From contig NC_092672.1 in the NCBI RefSeq assembly GCF_964355755.1, positions 13,268,001 to 13,332,000 of the forward strand: a DNA stretch of 64,000 nt, in the 5' to 3' direction. Source of the stretch: Antedon mediterranea (lineage: Eukaryota > Animalia > Echinodermata). Each line of letters starts with the position of its first letter. Position 1 is the stretch's first letter. The notes beneath the pieces are model-generated. The model was not told the DNA's origin. It did not search any database and saw nothing but the letters and a program-made list of their open reading frames with translations. Below are positions 36,701-50,202 of the stretch, in pieces. Made by a program: the position numbers and the translations under genes.

Positions 36701-38103
36701 TTCTGTTTGGACTTGTACTTGCCACAATGTCGCATGCGAGGCACAAAGTAAAGTAACCAATAACAAGCGACGGTTACGCCACGTCATAGTGATAAGATTT
36801 TTGCAAGAAGTTTGTTTTGGTTTTTTTTTTGTGTTTTTGTCTCTAGCAACTTGATTTAATTAATTGGAACTGGGAAGAAATGTGTGCTGAGTTAAATTGG
36901 AGTGGAGTGAAGTGGACTTACCGTATCGTTTATCAATCATACCACTATCGTCGTTATTTGTAGGCATAAACAGTAAAACCATCTATTACTATTATAATCA
37001 TTGTTACTGGTCATGTAGTTACATTTATACGATTATTTTTAATTACTAAACTGAAGAAAAAATGTCATTTCCATGTAACAGTGCATCCTATGATGTATCT
37101 GAATACGGGTGTTCAACATTTTACACGACTGACTATGATTCCTGCATAGATATGTTCCTTCTTAGTGACTGGGAGAGGATTTTACGTTACAATATAATTC
37201 CTGTTATGGTCGCCTTTGGAATTGTCGGAAACATTATGACATTCATCGTTATAGTGAGTAAATTACACAAACCAGTTTACGTGGTATCTAGCCAATTTGG
37301 CAATATCTGATACAATGTCTTTAATGTTGGCACCTCTATGGGACGTTGAGTTTTTTACAATACCATGTTCAATTGATGATATATATATATATATATGACG
37401 ACAATTATCACTGTGGACTGTTGAGTTTCTTTTCTTCTATTGCCTGGCATATAGCAATTTTAACAATATCATGTCTTTCTATTGAACGTTGTATGGCAGT
37501 CTGTAAACCTTACTGGTTTCAAACAAGTGGATTTGGTACTCTTTCAAGATCCGTTAAAATATGCGTATTTATGTGGATTTTATGTTTGTCAGTGAATTTT
37601 GTACAAATATTCATTGCTTTCGAACGAGTGTCCGTCATTTTTTGTTGGCCTGATATAATAGAGAATCGTGCAACTACGTGTCGTTTTAATTTAAATTACA
37701 TGAAAGAAACTACAATTTTGTGGATGCTTCAATTTGTTGGCACTTTACTTTCAAATGTACTTATTGTAATGTTGTGTTTTCTTATCGTTTATTCTTTAAG
37801 AACGTTACATAATAACGTGACAAATCCATAAAAAACCGACCCACGCTCTAAATCTGAAAGGAAAATATTTACGATTTTTGTAACAGTTACAATTTATGTC
37901 TTCTGCATGACACCGTTGCATTTGTTCGTTATTTTATCCTTTCTTGATATTATGGGAACGGATTTAAATTGGTTGTTGACTATTTGTCGTTTTGGAACAT
38001 ATTTTAATTCTTCTGTAAATCCTTTGATATATAATGTGGTAAATGAAACTTTCAGAACATCATTTGTTGACGTAACCTATAACAGAATTCGGAGGAACAT
38101 AGC
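33721..38103 (+). repeat. Segmental duplication unit (copies at 55081-63338 and, in part, 1-8457)
   Basis: Near-identical collinear sequence once each LINE is removed. Similarity to the first copy continues to 38861 and resumes at 39040-39368 (versus 18658-18943). Confidence 0.92.
34258..34975 (+). pseudogene. 5'-truncated GPCR pseudogene B1
   Basis: ECL1-TM3-TM4 open (SIERY). Frameshift near 34565, deletion in TM5/ICL3, NSSVNPLI remnant at 34861. Confidence 0.88.
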
Positions 38104-38125
38104 CGAACGTACTGGCAGGACATAA
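37062..38125 (+). pseudogene. Class A GPCR pseudogene A2
   Basis: Full length, but carries the shared +1 G near 37284, an out-of-frame (AT)8, and a premature TAA at 37829-37831. Confidence 0.9.
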
Positions 38126-40724
38126 AGCTGTTTTTATTGCAACGTGTGAACAATTCGTACACAAAATAATACTTTGTTCAGACAGCCTTACATCTGAGGT
38201 AAAGTTACGTCAGACATGAAATTATGCACGCTCTTATGAGCGTCCACATGAAGCTTAAGTCAAGGTGGATTTTACTTGTGAGCTTTGAGGTAATTGCGCC
38301 TTCACAACGCTAGTTTACTAGCGTGTATCATATTCCTTGCGTACGCTGTTTGTAGTAAGGTTGACTTAACTTAGCCTAATAATGAATGATCTTCTTAACG
38401 AGCACTCCAGAGCTTACAACGAACTGCTACATCATAACTTACTTTCGACTCGTCTAACGTCCCTAATAAAAGTAACAAACAATTTAAAATAAAGCCTAAA
38501 CAATCAAAATACATTTTAAAGTTAAAGGAGTGTGATGCGCAACTATGAAGGAAAAAAAAGCAACAGACGATACCATACATTTTAATTGATTATATATATT
38601 TCAGTATGAAATTAAAGAGATACAGTAAATTATGTAATTAAGTTTAATAACAGCGATGTAATGTTATATAAAATAAATGTTTATTATTTAATTAATCCAC
38701 CCTAAAGCAACCTTCCAACGGTAGAGAGAGAAGTTAGGCCATTCATAAAGCCAGATCTCCGATTTTGGCCGCGGAGTTTATAAATACTTGGTTTTAGTCA
38801 CTTCTTTTTTAATCGCCGTAGGAATAGTAACGAATTATCTACAACAAATTACCGCCTCAACCAACCCCCTTGCTCCGCCTTTGTTTCTCTTTTTGATTTA
38901 GATGACTATCATAACGTTTTATTATAATTACGTACATTATCTAATGCCAGTTATCCTGACTTACAAGCTCAAGTACTTTTGATAATAAACTCTTACAGTC
39001 CGGTTTCGACGTCATTTTGTGGTAAGTGGACTGCACTATATGTGTTTGTCATTTTTTATTCTTTACTTTTTAAATTTAGTAATCTATAGTTCTGAACTAA
39101 GATGATGAATTATTAATTTATGTTGCATATTGATTGTACAGTAAGAGTCAGGAGATTACCTGATATTGTTTTTGTTTTCTTATATTTAGTAATTTTCAAG
39201 GACGCTGTTCAAAATTTAAACAAGTTTAATTACAAAAAGAATATTTTCAAGTGCATACTGTCACGTCCAGTCAACAACACTTTCGTCTCAGATAAAGTTA
39301 ACTATGATTTGTCATTAAATATTGCCCCTAAAGCTCTGTCTACACTATCAAATTTTATGTGACTAAAATGAATTTCTAGAATACATGGGTAAAATCCAAG
39401 CCATTGCTAATATTCGGTATCTTTAACTGATGGTTCTTCAGCCTTGTTGGCACATTATTGAATAGAAACAGCATTATAAGGCAAAAAACGTTGTTGAAAA
39501 GGACACCAAACAGTTAAAATTTGATTGTAGATGAAGATGCTAACGTTTAAGGCCAAAAACTGCAGTATGATATTATTTATTTCATGTGTCATTTCAATTT
39601 AGGATGGGAAACTGTTGGATAGGTTTAAATAGCATGAACCATAGACAATGGCCTCATTACAATAATTTTTTTTAATTATCCTTTACCAATGTACCAATAT
39701 AAAAGAGATTGAAGTTCTGAAAGATGATGTGCTAGCTGTGTACCATTATTATGAGTACGTTTGCGAAATACTTTAATACTATATATATAAAATAATTTAT
39801 ATCAGTATGATCATAATCTTTTTTCATGAGATTTTGTAAATGAGGAAACTTAATGATCAATTTCAAACAGGAAAATGTCAAGAAAGTTTCATGCGGTTTT
39901 ACAGTTTTCCTTATAAGAGAATTAATGATTATGATGTCATAACTATCTTATGATGTCATAGGTACGTCATACAGTATGGTAGTTTAAATAAACGCCAACA
40001 CTATTCTTTATGTCCGATTTTGGTAAACTTTGGATATGATGTTCATTTCGACTGGATAATGTTAGGAAACTTGTTTTCCTGCAGATTCTACATTTCTTTA
40101 GCGTAAGATAATGTCACTTAAGCAGTTATAACATAATATACGACGTCATAGGTACGGTACGTCATATGGTTTTTTTTTAATATCACATTTATGCACTTAG
40201 GTGGTCTAAAACCAACCTTCCCGATGTCCGATTTTGGTAAACTTTGGACATGATGTTCATTTTTATCATATCAACCCGAAAAAGAAATTATGTTGCAATT
40301 GGTTTTGGGTTCAACCATACTTTACTGGACTATAAAGTCTTCAAACTTGGTGGGTAGATGCAACTCTGTCGGTATAAGAAAAACGAGCTAAAACTTTTGA
40401 AAGGGTGGATCACAAGGTCACACAATTCATATGACTGAGTTTATGTTCTATTATTTTTTCTACTTGTCTGCTTATAAACCAATTTACCTTCCATTCACAA
40501 CAATATTAAGAATACAGAAAGGATATGGGAAAGAGAAGAAGTGCTATGTGGAGTCCAAAAAAATAGAGGAGAGAGTAATGGGAAACTATCAACTACAGGA
40601 GAAGAAGGTATTGTGTAATCATCTATAATTTTACTTATAGTATATAGTGGTGCCTAAATTATAGTGATGTACAAGGAATAAAAGAAATTGTGAGTTTGAA
40701 TTTTAATATACTGCTGCACTTGAA

Positions 40725-43510
40725 TCTATATATAAACAAAAAATATTTCTTACAAAAAACGCCGCTCGAGATTTTAAAATTAATCATTGTTCTTTCTTCA
40801 GATATATTTATGATTAATTGTTAAAAACGATGTCCTTTAATCGCAAAAATACATACAAATCAAAGATAGTCCGTTAATTATGAATTACATTCCCATTTTT
40901 TCACTAGTTAATTGTATACTATAAATACACAATTTGTAATAAATAATTATGGAAAATATGTTGTTGTTCCCATGGAAACGTGTAACAAAATAAAAAAGTG
41001 TTGATTAATCGCAAAAATACACAAAATCTAACATAGTTATTTAATTAAAAATCACATCATGCCCATTTTTCACCAGTTAATTGTATAATATAAATACACA
41101 AATTTCAATCAAATTGTCTATTAAAAATATGTTTTGTAACCATAGAAATAGGTAATTAATAAATTATTATTTATAAATTATTTGCACGATGAATTTTCTT
41201 TTTCAAACTGTCGACCTTACATCATGTGTTCATTGTAGATTTTTATTCTGATATTTTTCTTTCATATTCTTCCATGAATGTAGAGAAAATACATGTTGAT
41301 AAATAGGCCTAATAATTTAATTAATTAAAATAAATTCACTTTTAAAAATAATCTGTATTAATTTAAAAAAATAATTGTTAACTGAAGAAAATATAAACAT
41401 AGATTTGTATAGCAGTAAAACAGTTTTTGAATTAATCAATTAAAACTAAAAACCTACAAAATATGATTCCTTTCATACTTTTTAAAAACACATAATCCTC
41501 AATTAATAACCACAGAATGTCCCTTGACAATAAGTGGACCTGTCCATAATGTATTTGAAAACTTTCATGGTACGGACGATTCCATTTACCATAATAGGAA
41601 TGTTGAGCATTTCAAACTAATTTTTTTTTTAAACAAACAAAATAATAAAGCACCTATTTATTAATATTATTAATTCGGAACGTTATGAATAGCAAATATA
41701 TTAATCATAATTATAATCAATGTTGTTTAAAATTTAATATATATTAAGCCAAAATTCTACTGAGAGTCTTCTGCAGGCAGTCCTAAGTTAGCCTCAGCCT
41801 GAGCTGAAACAATGGAACAAAAATAATGGACTAGGTATATGGCTTGATTGAGAATCGAAAAACATGTGCCTACTATTTTCTTTTTCCGTTCATCAATTCT
41901 CAACTAATCATTTTAATATTTCAACAATAGATACTTCAAACATTATATTTTCATATTATTTTTGTCTTTGATTTAAAATATTGCATTAACCTACCGAAAA
42001 AACGAAGACAATTTTTGAATGTTCACCAATTCTGTTCTAGACATCGTAATGCTTTGCCCTTGCATTTCACTTCGGAAATCAATCTAATTGTCAATCACCT
42101 CAGGTTGTCACGGAAACTCCAATCAAAAAGCATCATACTTTTAGATGATCTCCAAAAATAAACTGCAAACCAATCAAAGGGCGAGAATCCAAAATCGTTC
42201 AACCGTGAGACCACATAGACTCTTTTCCCTGACGTTTTTGGGGTTCAGAAGCTGGAATCTATAAATTATAGTCGAGTTTCCAAAGTCGCATTTCTGTCGG
42301 CCTTAGAACTATAGCTACCGCGACAAAACGTCTTCTGAATGTCCTGTCCTCTAGGGACATAGCGGACTAGAGCCGCGGCGCGATTATGATTAATTCTGAC
42401 ATAGGCGAGCACCATGCAAAAACTTCGGTATAAATCTCTGGATATTTTAGATACCTACCTTATCTATCTCAGATGTACCGCGAAACGTAGATTTGATAAC
42501 ATTAGTTTTCAGTACTACGCTATTGTTCCATATTTCTATCTTAGGAAGATATTATAAAAAATTTATGATTTCAACAGTAGATTTTCTACTCAATTTCAAT
42601 TCTTCGCGGTCCAAGTAATTTCCGGGTTCACAATGAGTTCACCTTGCAACAACCAAGTTTCAACTATTTTCTTTCTTTTATACACAAGGGAGCAGTTAAA
42701 ATAATAGATTTGACCCTAAAGGTGACTGAAAATAGGCACTTTCCATCAATCAATACAGCGTCCCTTTGGAAGTCGGAAGAAAAAAACGGATAGTAGGACT
42801 GGAGCTTAAGTTGGCCATAGTGGCTATAGCCATTTCAGTTTTTTGTTTATTTTAGGAACGGACCACGCGTGTGAAGGTACAGTCATTAAAAAATAAAATT
42901 ACATAGGGAGATTTGATGATTAGTTATGATGGTTATGAGGATGATGGTTAGTTTCAAAGATGTTTAAATTAAATAATGGATTAATTATTAGGATGGTATT
43001 TATTTGAATATAAACGCCTCTCCAATAAAACATCACTTTGAATATTAATCCCACCTCCCAACCCAACTATCTAATAAACGTCCATCCACATTTATAATAA
43101 CACAATTATACTATTTGTTTGTAGTAGAATTCATATGACTGATATCTAAAATTTACCAAGCATTTGTTATTCTTTTTTACCACTTTTCATATCTATTAGA
43201 GGATTTCTTGATTATAAATGTTACCATATTATTAAAACTAAAAAAATGTAACATATCTCTCGAATAAGCACCTCCCTCAAATGAACTCCGCCTTCCCACC
43301 TCCGCCCTATAAGGCCCTACCAAACAATAAACACTATACTTTAAAATGTTATTAATCATGTAAGACACTGTGAAACAGAGTAGTTTAGTTTTACGAATGT
43401 CAAGCATTTTCAGTAACCGACAGAAAACGTACTAGGAGAACATTATCATTCCGAGAACCATCGTCTACACTTCCTGGAGGGGGAGCGAGCGAACCGAGCT
43501 CACCTTCTAG
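40725..43510 (+). mobile_element. Non-autonomous Helitron, family H2 (~2.8 kb)
   Basis: A|TCTATATATAAAC at the 5' end. 3' end GGAGGGGGAGCGAGCGAACCGAGCTCACCTTCTAG|T resembles H1. No empty site in the window, so the 5' boundary is inferred. Confidence 0.68.
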
Positions 43511-43546
43511 TGAATAGAATTTTGTTTACCAAGAATTTTGAAGAAA

Positions 43547-44703
43547 ATGATGGCGCCGTTCAATGGTGACACAGCTCTGTTGGCTCTGTTAATGTGTTCT
43601 GTGTTTTTGTCTTTTCTTGTGGATGATATTGGTGCAATAATCACTTATACCAGGATTGAATTGATAAATATTAGAGAAAATGTGTCAAATCGGCCGATCA
43701 ACTTGCCCGAGTCTCTACTTTACAACGATTTTTTCAAGCCCGACGACGTAGGCCTACCAAATCCGGTATTGAAAACCCCGCGAAGAAGAGGTAGGCGTGG
43801 CGGTGTTTTAGCGAGGCTTAGGCGAGATTCGTGGAAATCACCGTTACCAAGTATCTTTTTAGGTAACGTGAGATCTCTAAAAAACAAATTTGACGAACTT
43901 ACCTGCTGCTTAAACACAAAACGCGAATTTTGTAACTCTTGTATTTTCGCATTTACGGAAACCTGGCTTGATCAAAATGTACCCGATCAGTACGTCACAC
44001 CACAGAATTTTGGGATGTACAGACAGGATCGTGACTCGGAAGCTGTAGGGAAATCCCGCGGGGGCGGAGTATGTCTACTTGTTAATCAAAATTGGTGTAA
44101 GGATGTAAAGAATCTGTCAGCCATATGCACATCGCAGCTGGAGGCGCTTACGATTCGCTGTCGTCCTTTCTACTTACCACGAGAGTTGACGTCGCTAATC
44201 ATAACAGTAGTCTACATACCTCCTGATGCAAATGCAGAATCCGCGGCTACCCAACTATCTACTATAGTAACTGACAACGAATTAAAACATCCAAATGCAA
44301 CTTCCATAATATTAGGTGATTTCAACCACGTAAATTTGAAGAAAACGCTCCCCAAATTGTTTCAACATGTTACGGTTGCGACCCGGAACAATAACATCTT
44401 GGATCATTGTTATACAACAATTAAAGATGCTTACAGGTCACTGAAGCGACCTCCACTTGGCGAGTCCGACCACAACCTAATTTACATGATACCACGATAC
44501 AGATGTCAGTTGAAGCGCGAGGCTGTCAAATCACACATGATTAGCAAATGGACACCGGATAATATTATGAAACTACAAGGCTGCTTTGATTGTACAGACT
44601 GGAATGCTTTTAAGGACAGTTCGGACATTAACTTATGTACTGAATCCGTTATTTCATATATTAAATTCTGCCAGGACATATGTATTGATAAAGACGTAGT
44701 TAA
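43547..44703 (+). pseudogene. LINE ORF, 5' half (AP endonuclease)
   Basis: NVRSL, FTETWL, RGGGV, YIPP, LGDFN, LDHCY, ESDHN. Open up to the TTAA insertion site. Confidence 0.9.
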
Positions 44704-47613
44704 AATGGATATGAAAGGGTTCCTAGCAATATCATTTTATTGGCTCAACGTGTAGATCAATCAGTTTTAAGCTTGCCATAGTCATACTTAATGTTTTGGA
44801 GGACGACAACGCCCTCAAAACGCCCCTGAGAAACCTGTGAAAAACTTTTTGTGACGTCACTAAAAGTTATTTTTGTATTACAGAGATAGGAATTTAGCAG
44901 TAAATCATTGATTGATGCAAAAGCATGGTAGTAATTACTTATTGCTTTGATATTTTTATTCTTGGATAAGTATGTTAGCCTAATCGAATAAAATTAATTC
45001 ATATTATCAACCAAGTTTTTTTTAAAACGGATTTTAATTTCGTTTTTCAAGGCCATCTTTTACGAAATTCATAGCCAAATGCCTATCTTGCTGGGTACAC
45101 GGAGTTATTTTGCGCATGCGTGAGAATCACAGAGTCGACCACCTTGGCCTCTCTCTCGACCCTCCTCGCGAGCGATGTTTATTTCGCTATTTATTATACA
45201 CGTATTATTGAAACATTCATTTTATTATTATTTCGTTGTAATTAACTGAAATTGATGGAAATTCGTCCACATCGTCTTGTTAACACGGATGTTAACATCG
45301 TTTTGAAGAAACGGTTGGACGAGTAAATGGTGTTTGACAATGCCATGGCCTGGAGCTAGCTAGGCCTAGGCCTTTTTAGTAGTGATGACTGCTGGATACG
45401 GTGTTTAGTCGCCCGGCCAGAGGTGAGCTGAGAGCGTATGCTCCTTGATGTATCGTTGAGGGTGTTAATGGTAGGCACAATTGTGTTACTGTATTATGTA
45501 TATACACATTATTTATAAGTACGTTTATTAATATTGTTGTGTGCTGTAGTGTCCTGACTAACGTATTATTAAAATATTTTTTTGTTATTACATGCCGCCC
45601 TACTAGCTAGTAGGCTAGGCAACACTGAATACTAAATAAATATTATGATTCCCAATAAAATGAATAGAGTTGGATTTTCTCTAATGTAGTAATAAAGGTT
45701 ATAACAGGCCAGGCCTAGTTAGGGGTATTTCAGCTTGTATATCATATACAGTACAATATACAGTACAGTATACAGTAAATAAACAATTCATTTGTATTTT
45801 TACCTACCTACAGGTCTATAATTGGAGTGCAATTATGATAATTGATGGACGGGATAAGCAAATGTATTTATTGATTGGAATGGAAGCGCAAATGTTAGAG
45901 TCAAATTATAATATTAAGGTAACAGATACTGAGCATTGCTATTTTAAACTGTTGATCAAACCTACATAATACATTATACTAAATTATTATTTTGTTTTGA
46001 GGGCAGATAAACATGTGCTTATTCATTTTCCTTTTTTCAGGTGAATAGAAAGATACCCAGAGTACTTTATAATAGATGCTACTTGGATCATGCTTGCACG
46101 ATACATTTATGCAGTATACTAAGACACCAAGTATAGAATGAGCGCAGACAATTAAAATTACAGAACTAAATATTTATGAAGAATAGTAAAATATGCATAA
46201 TAGAATTCTTTAGACGCGAGTGCTAGGGTTACAGTCATACTGTAACTATGGTAATGTACTACCAGACAGTACACTAGTAGCAGTGCATCATATAGTGTTT
46301 GTTTTTAACCATCTAAATGGGTCTGGGTATATAAACAAATAAACCACTACTGTACTTCTTTTTTTATTTATTTAGCCAAATACTATGTACAATGGACATT
46401 TATGAAAGAATCCATCTCTTGAATATGATGGAGCTGGCTGGTGTTGATAGAATTAAAATGTCTCAGGTCTCAAAAGTAATTTATGTCCTGTTTGAAAAAT
46501 CCTGCTTGTTCCAAACTCATTATGATGCATTTGTTCAATAAAATTCATTCCACACACTATTTCTGCCATATAATTTGATGTTTACAATTTTATTACTAGT
46601 ACTATTACAGTTCTTCAAAGCCATCTCATGTACTGTTGATTCCATAAATCTGCAAAGATAAGACCAATAAATGGATGGAAATGTACTATTATTTTTATTC
46701 AATCCTACCTCTAGGCCCTATAGTATTATATTTTATGACTTGGTAACAAACAGAAAGAGGTTATTATTTAATTACACTACAGTTACTAACTAAACTATAA
46801 TAATCCTCTCGGCCTCACCTCCTCTGCTCTACTTTAATTATTAGTATTATTATATTACTATATTAGTCAATAACAAAAGTCAGAGCCAAAAACAAGTTCA
46901 ACACAAGCTTACCTTTTTTATTTACGTCGCCTTTTACATACGTCTACGCCCGCGCCTTGTCCACTTCCTGGAGGTTCGTCGGTGGACCGGCGACTGCTAC
47001 TCTCTTGTACTGTAGGCCATGGAGTAACTCCATGTGTAGGCCTAGCCTACTACTAGCGAATTTAGAAGAAACTATAGTCTACTAGACCTAGCCTAATTTG
47101 TAGTCTGCGTGAGTGGTTTAGTGTGAGAAGTACAAATACACACTTTCTTCTTTTCACGTACAATCTTTGCAGACATAACTTTTTATTGATTTGTGAAATA
47201 TCGATATTTTCTACGACTGCAGCAACAGGGAGCTTGCAACACGCGAGTCTCGTGTAGCATGGGTTTGTTTATTTTGTTTACACCACACAGTCCGCGAACG
47301 AGACAAGGCGGTGATTGGACTGTATTAAAATTCATTAACCAATCACAAAACGACTGCTGCCGTGGCTACAACCCCGGGTGTTTCAAACTCTAAATTTGAC
47401 GATCTCGTACGTGCGTATAGAACGTTCATAAAAATTAAGATGGCGTGCCAGTTGGTCGGCCATTTTGCGGACGTTTTATACCAAAATTTAATTTGTTTAT
47501 TTCTCAATTTCTACTAGGTATTTGAATCTAATTTTTTGTGTGCTGTTTATTAACATTAAAAGGATTCATACAAAGTCCTTTTTGTGAAATTTTAAAATCC
47601 TTTCATATCCATT
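44704..47613. mobile_element. 2910-bp non-autonomous TTAA-specific DNA transposon (Kolobok-like)
   Basis: Perfect 15-bp TIRs AATGGATATGAAAGG and TTAA TSD (44700-44703, 47614-47617). Purine-purine termini fit Kolobok better than piggyBac (YY...RR). No transposase ORF. Confidence 0.82.
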
Positions 47614-47617
47614 TTAA

Positions 47618-49361
47618 GATATATCCAAATCAAAACCCATGGTTTAATAAGTCTATTAAGGATCTGATACGAAATAGAGACAGGGCTTTCAGATCAAATG
47701 ATAAGGATCTATTTAGGAAATCAAAATACGAGTTAAGAAAGGGAATAAAGAAAGCCAAGAGAGAATATAAAAATAGGTTAGAGGAAGATATATCTTCCGG
47801 CGATTCCAGAGAGTTATGGAAAAGCTTAAATAAAATAACTAACTACAAACCAAAATCTGATAAAATTAACTCAAATGATGACCTACCCCAACGACTGAAT
47901 GATTTCTTCAGTCGTTTTGACACTCCCCCTCTCCATGAAGACAATAATTATGAAAATGGTAATGATGTACCGTTAGTTGTTCTTGAAGAGAATACTTGTA
48001 TTGAGTTTAGTAGATGTAAGTCAAATAAGTCAGCTGGTCCAGACGGTATATCCCCTATGCTTGTTAAACATTGTTGCAAACAGATTGCCCATATTTTTAC
48101 TTACATTTTCAATTTCTCTCTTATATCTCAAATTATTCCGCGATGTTTTAAAGATTCTATAATAGTTCCAATTCCGAAACGTTCCCCAATCGAAACCCTG
48201 AATGATTATCGACCTATAACATTAACATCGGTTCTGATGAAATGCTTTGAACATATAGTCCTTAATTACCTAAAGGCCAAGTGTCCTCGAGATCTTGACC
48301 AATATCAGTTCGCCTATAGACCAAACCGGTCTACCGAAGATGCTGTATCGATCACTTTGCATAGGATCTTAGAGCATCTCGAACGTGATAAAAGATATGC
48401 TAGGATTTTATATATAGATTTTAGTTCAGCATTTAATACGATTGTACCGTATAAGTTACACACTAAGATGGTTGAAATCGGTTTCGATATTTCTATATGT
48501 AACTGGGTGTTAAACTTTTTAACTGATCGACCCCAACGTACTAAAGTGGGTACCACTATATCAGATAAGCGTATTATAAATACAGGTGTACCACAGGGCT
48601 GTGTACTGTCGCCCTTTCTTTTTACTTTATTTACTTATGACTGTGTTACCTACTACAGTAACTGTCACATCGCTAAATTTGCGGATGATACTACCATTGT
48701 AGGTCTAATCAATGATGACAGTGATGAGTCTAATTATCGCAACCAAGTTAAACGAGTTGTAGACTGGTGTAACGAAAACAATCTGTTCTTGAATGTATCT
48801 AAGACTAAAGAAATGGTTGTTGATTTCCGTAAATCACTTAATGTCAAATATCCAATATTTATTAATGGTATATCAGTTGAGTTTGTAGAAGAATTTAAAT
48901 TCTTGGGTATTTATATTTCAAATGATCTGAAGTGGCATATTAACACACGTAACATTATTAGAAAGGCCCAAAGAAGAATCTACTTCCTACGTAGACTTAA
49001 ATCATTTGGTATAAACTCTGAAATAATGTCGTCCTTCTATAGGTCAGTTATAGAGAGTGTAATAACGTATTCTTTAACGGTATGGTTCGGTAGCGCTACC
49101 GAAAATGAAAAGCGTGACCTAAATAGAATAGTCAAGACCGCATCGCGTATAATTGGATCTACACAACTGCCTTTGGAGAACATATTTTCGGATCGTCTTC
49201 TGAAAAAGGCAGTGGCTATCAAAGATGATCATTTTCATCCGGCCTCTAGTATGTTCCAGTTGATGCGCAGCGGTCGGCGATTTCGTTCTATTAAGGCCAA
49301 TAAGGCACGATTTACAAATAGTTTCTTTCCAGGATCTATTAGAGCCTTAAATATGATGTAG
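47618..49361 (+). pseudogene. LINE ORF, 3' half (reverse transcriptase)
   Basis: NQNPWFN, AGPDGI, NDYRPITLTS, YQFAYR, IDFSSAFNTI, GVPQGCVLSP, KFADDT, FLGIYI. No stops. Confidence 0.92.
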
Positions 49362-49555
49362 ACTTTTTTTTGTAATGTTTTTGTTTTTGAGTTCGTGTTG
49401 TGTCCGTTGGATATTGTGCTCCGCCAACAGAGCAAACAGAATTTCTATGTTTTTCCTAAAACAAATGATAATAAATGATACTTGACTTGACTTGACTTAA
49501 AAAGTACAGTTTGTATTGTTTACAGTATTTAGGTAAGATATTTAGGTAAGATGAT

Positions 49556-49917
49556 TTATTTCATTTTTTATTTTATTATATTTCATTCAATCGAAACCAA
49601 CAGCGACGATTACCGCGACTAACAGGTTTGATACAAACAAAGCCAGGACTGTTTAAAGCACCTTGATTGGTCCTAACATTGATCAAGGGCTTCTGTCGTC
49701 CAGTGCCCACCTTGACCAGGAGGTCTGAGGCAGATACTAGATGCAGGGGCTGCCATAAGAGTCAGCAGTGCTGATTTCAAATGCCTAACGGGACCCCAGC
49801 TCCGTATACAGCACCCGTTATTCCCAGATGGTCTCCCATCCAAGCTCTAACCAGGCCCAACGTCGCTTAACTTCGGTGATCTGACGAGAACCGGTGTTTC
49901 AACGTGGTAAAGCCGAA
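49556..49917 (-). mobile_element. 5S rRNA-derived SINE (SINE3-like)
   Basis: 49807-49916 is a diverged 5S rRNA (minus strand AAGTTAAGCGACGTTGGGCCTGGTTAGAGCTTGGATGGGAGACC...GGGTGCTGTA). It runs without an oligo-T terminator into a ~220-nt body and an A-rich tail. Confidence 0.72.
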
Positions 49918-50202
49918 TATTGGAAATAAATTGTAATTGTATGCTGAAATTGGAGAAAGTGAACATTTTATGCCTGTTTACTTGTTGAATTGATATATAA
50001 TAGTAATCGTCTTTTCATCCATTATTTATTTTTATAATCTCTTTATTTGAAGAAAACATTTTTAAGTATCTCGTAATATGTCAAAGTATTTTTTGAAAGA
50101 ACAGCATGCAATCCAAGAAACTCATTTATTCATTTGACCGTACATAGTAAGGTCGTTATTAAAATCTGATTTGTATACACATTTTTAGCAACATTGTATT
50201 GA

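Larger units (their letters stand above)
43541..49498 (+). mobile_element. Rex1/Babar-like single-ORF LINE interrupted by a DNA transposon
   Basis: N-terminal YTRIELINIR...RRRGRRGG...PLPSIFLGNVRSLKNK, then APE and RT domains. 3' AATAAA followed by a (CTTGA)n tail. Confidence 0.85.

Noticed and set aside
39880-40430. Direct repeat pair with AAACTTTGG and AAGGTCAC motifs
   Set aside because: Probably an old HINE-like fragment, but no ends could be defined, so it is not called.
47538-47617. N-terminus MCCLL... of the 607-aa ORF (and the C-terminal tail 44704-44755 of the 405-aa ORF)
   Set aside because: These are read-through into the ends of the inserted DNA transposon, not real termini.
49807-49916. 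Functional 5S rRNA gene
   Set aside because: Single, diverged copy with altered ends and no oligo-T terminator; it reads on into a SINE-like body.
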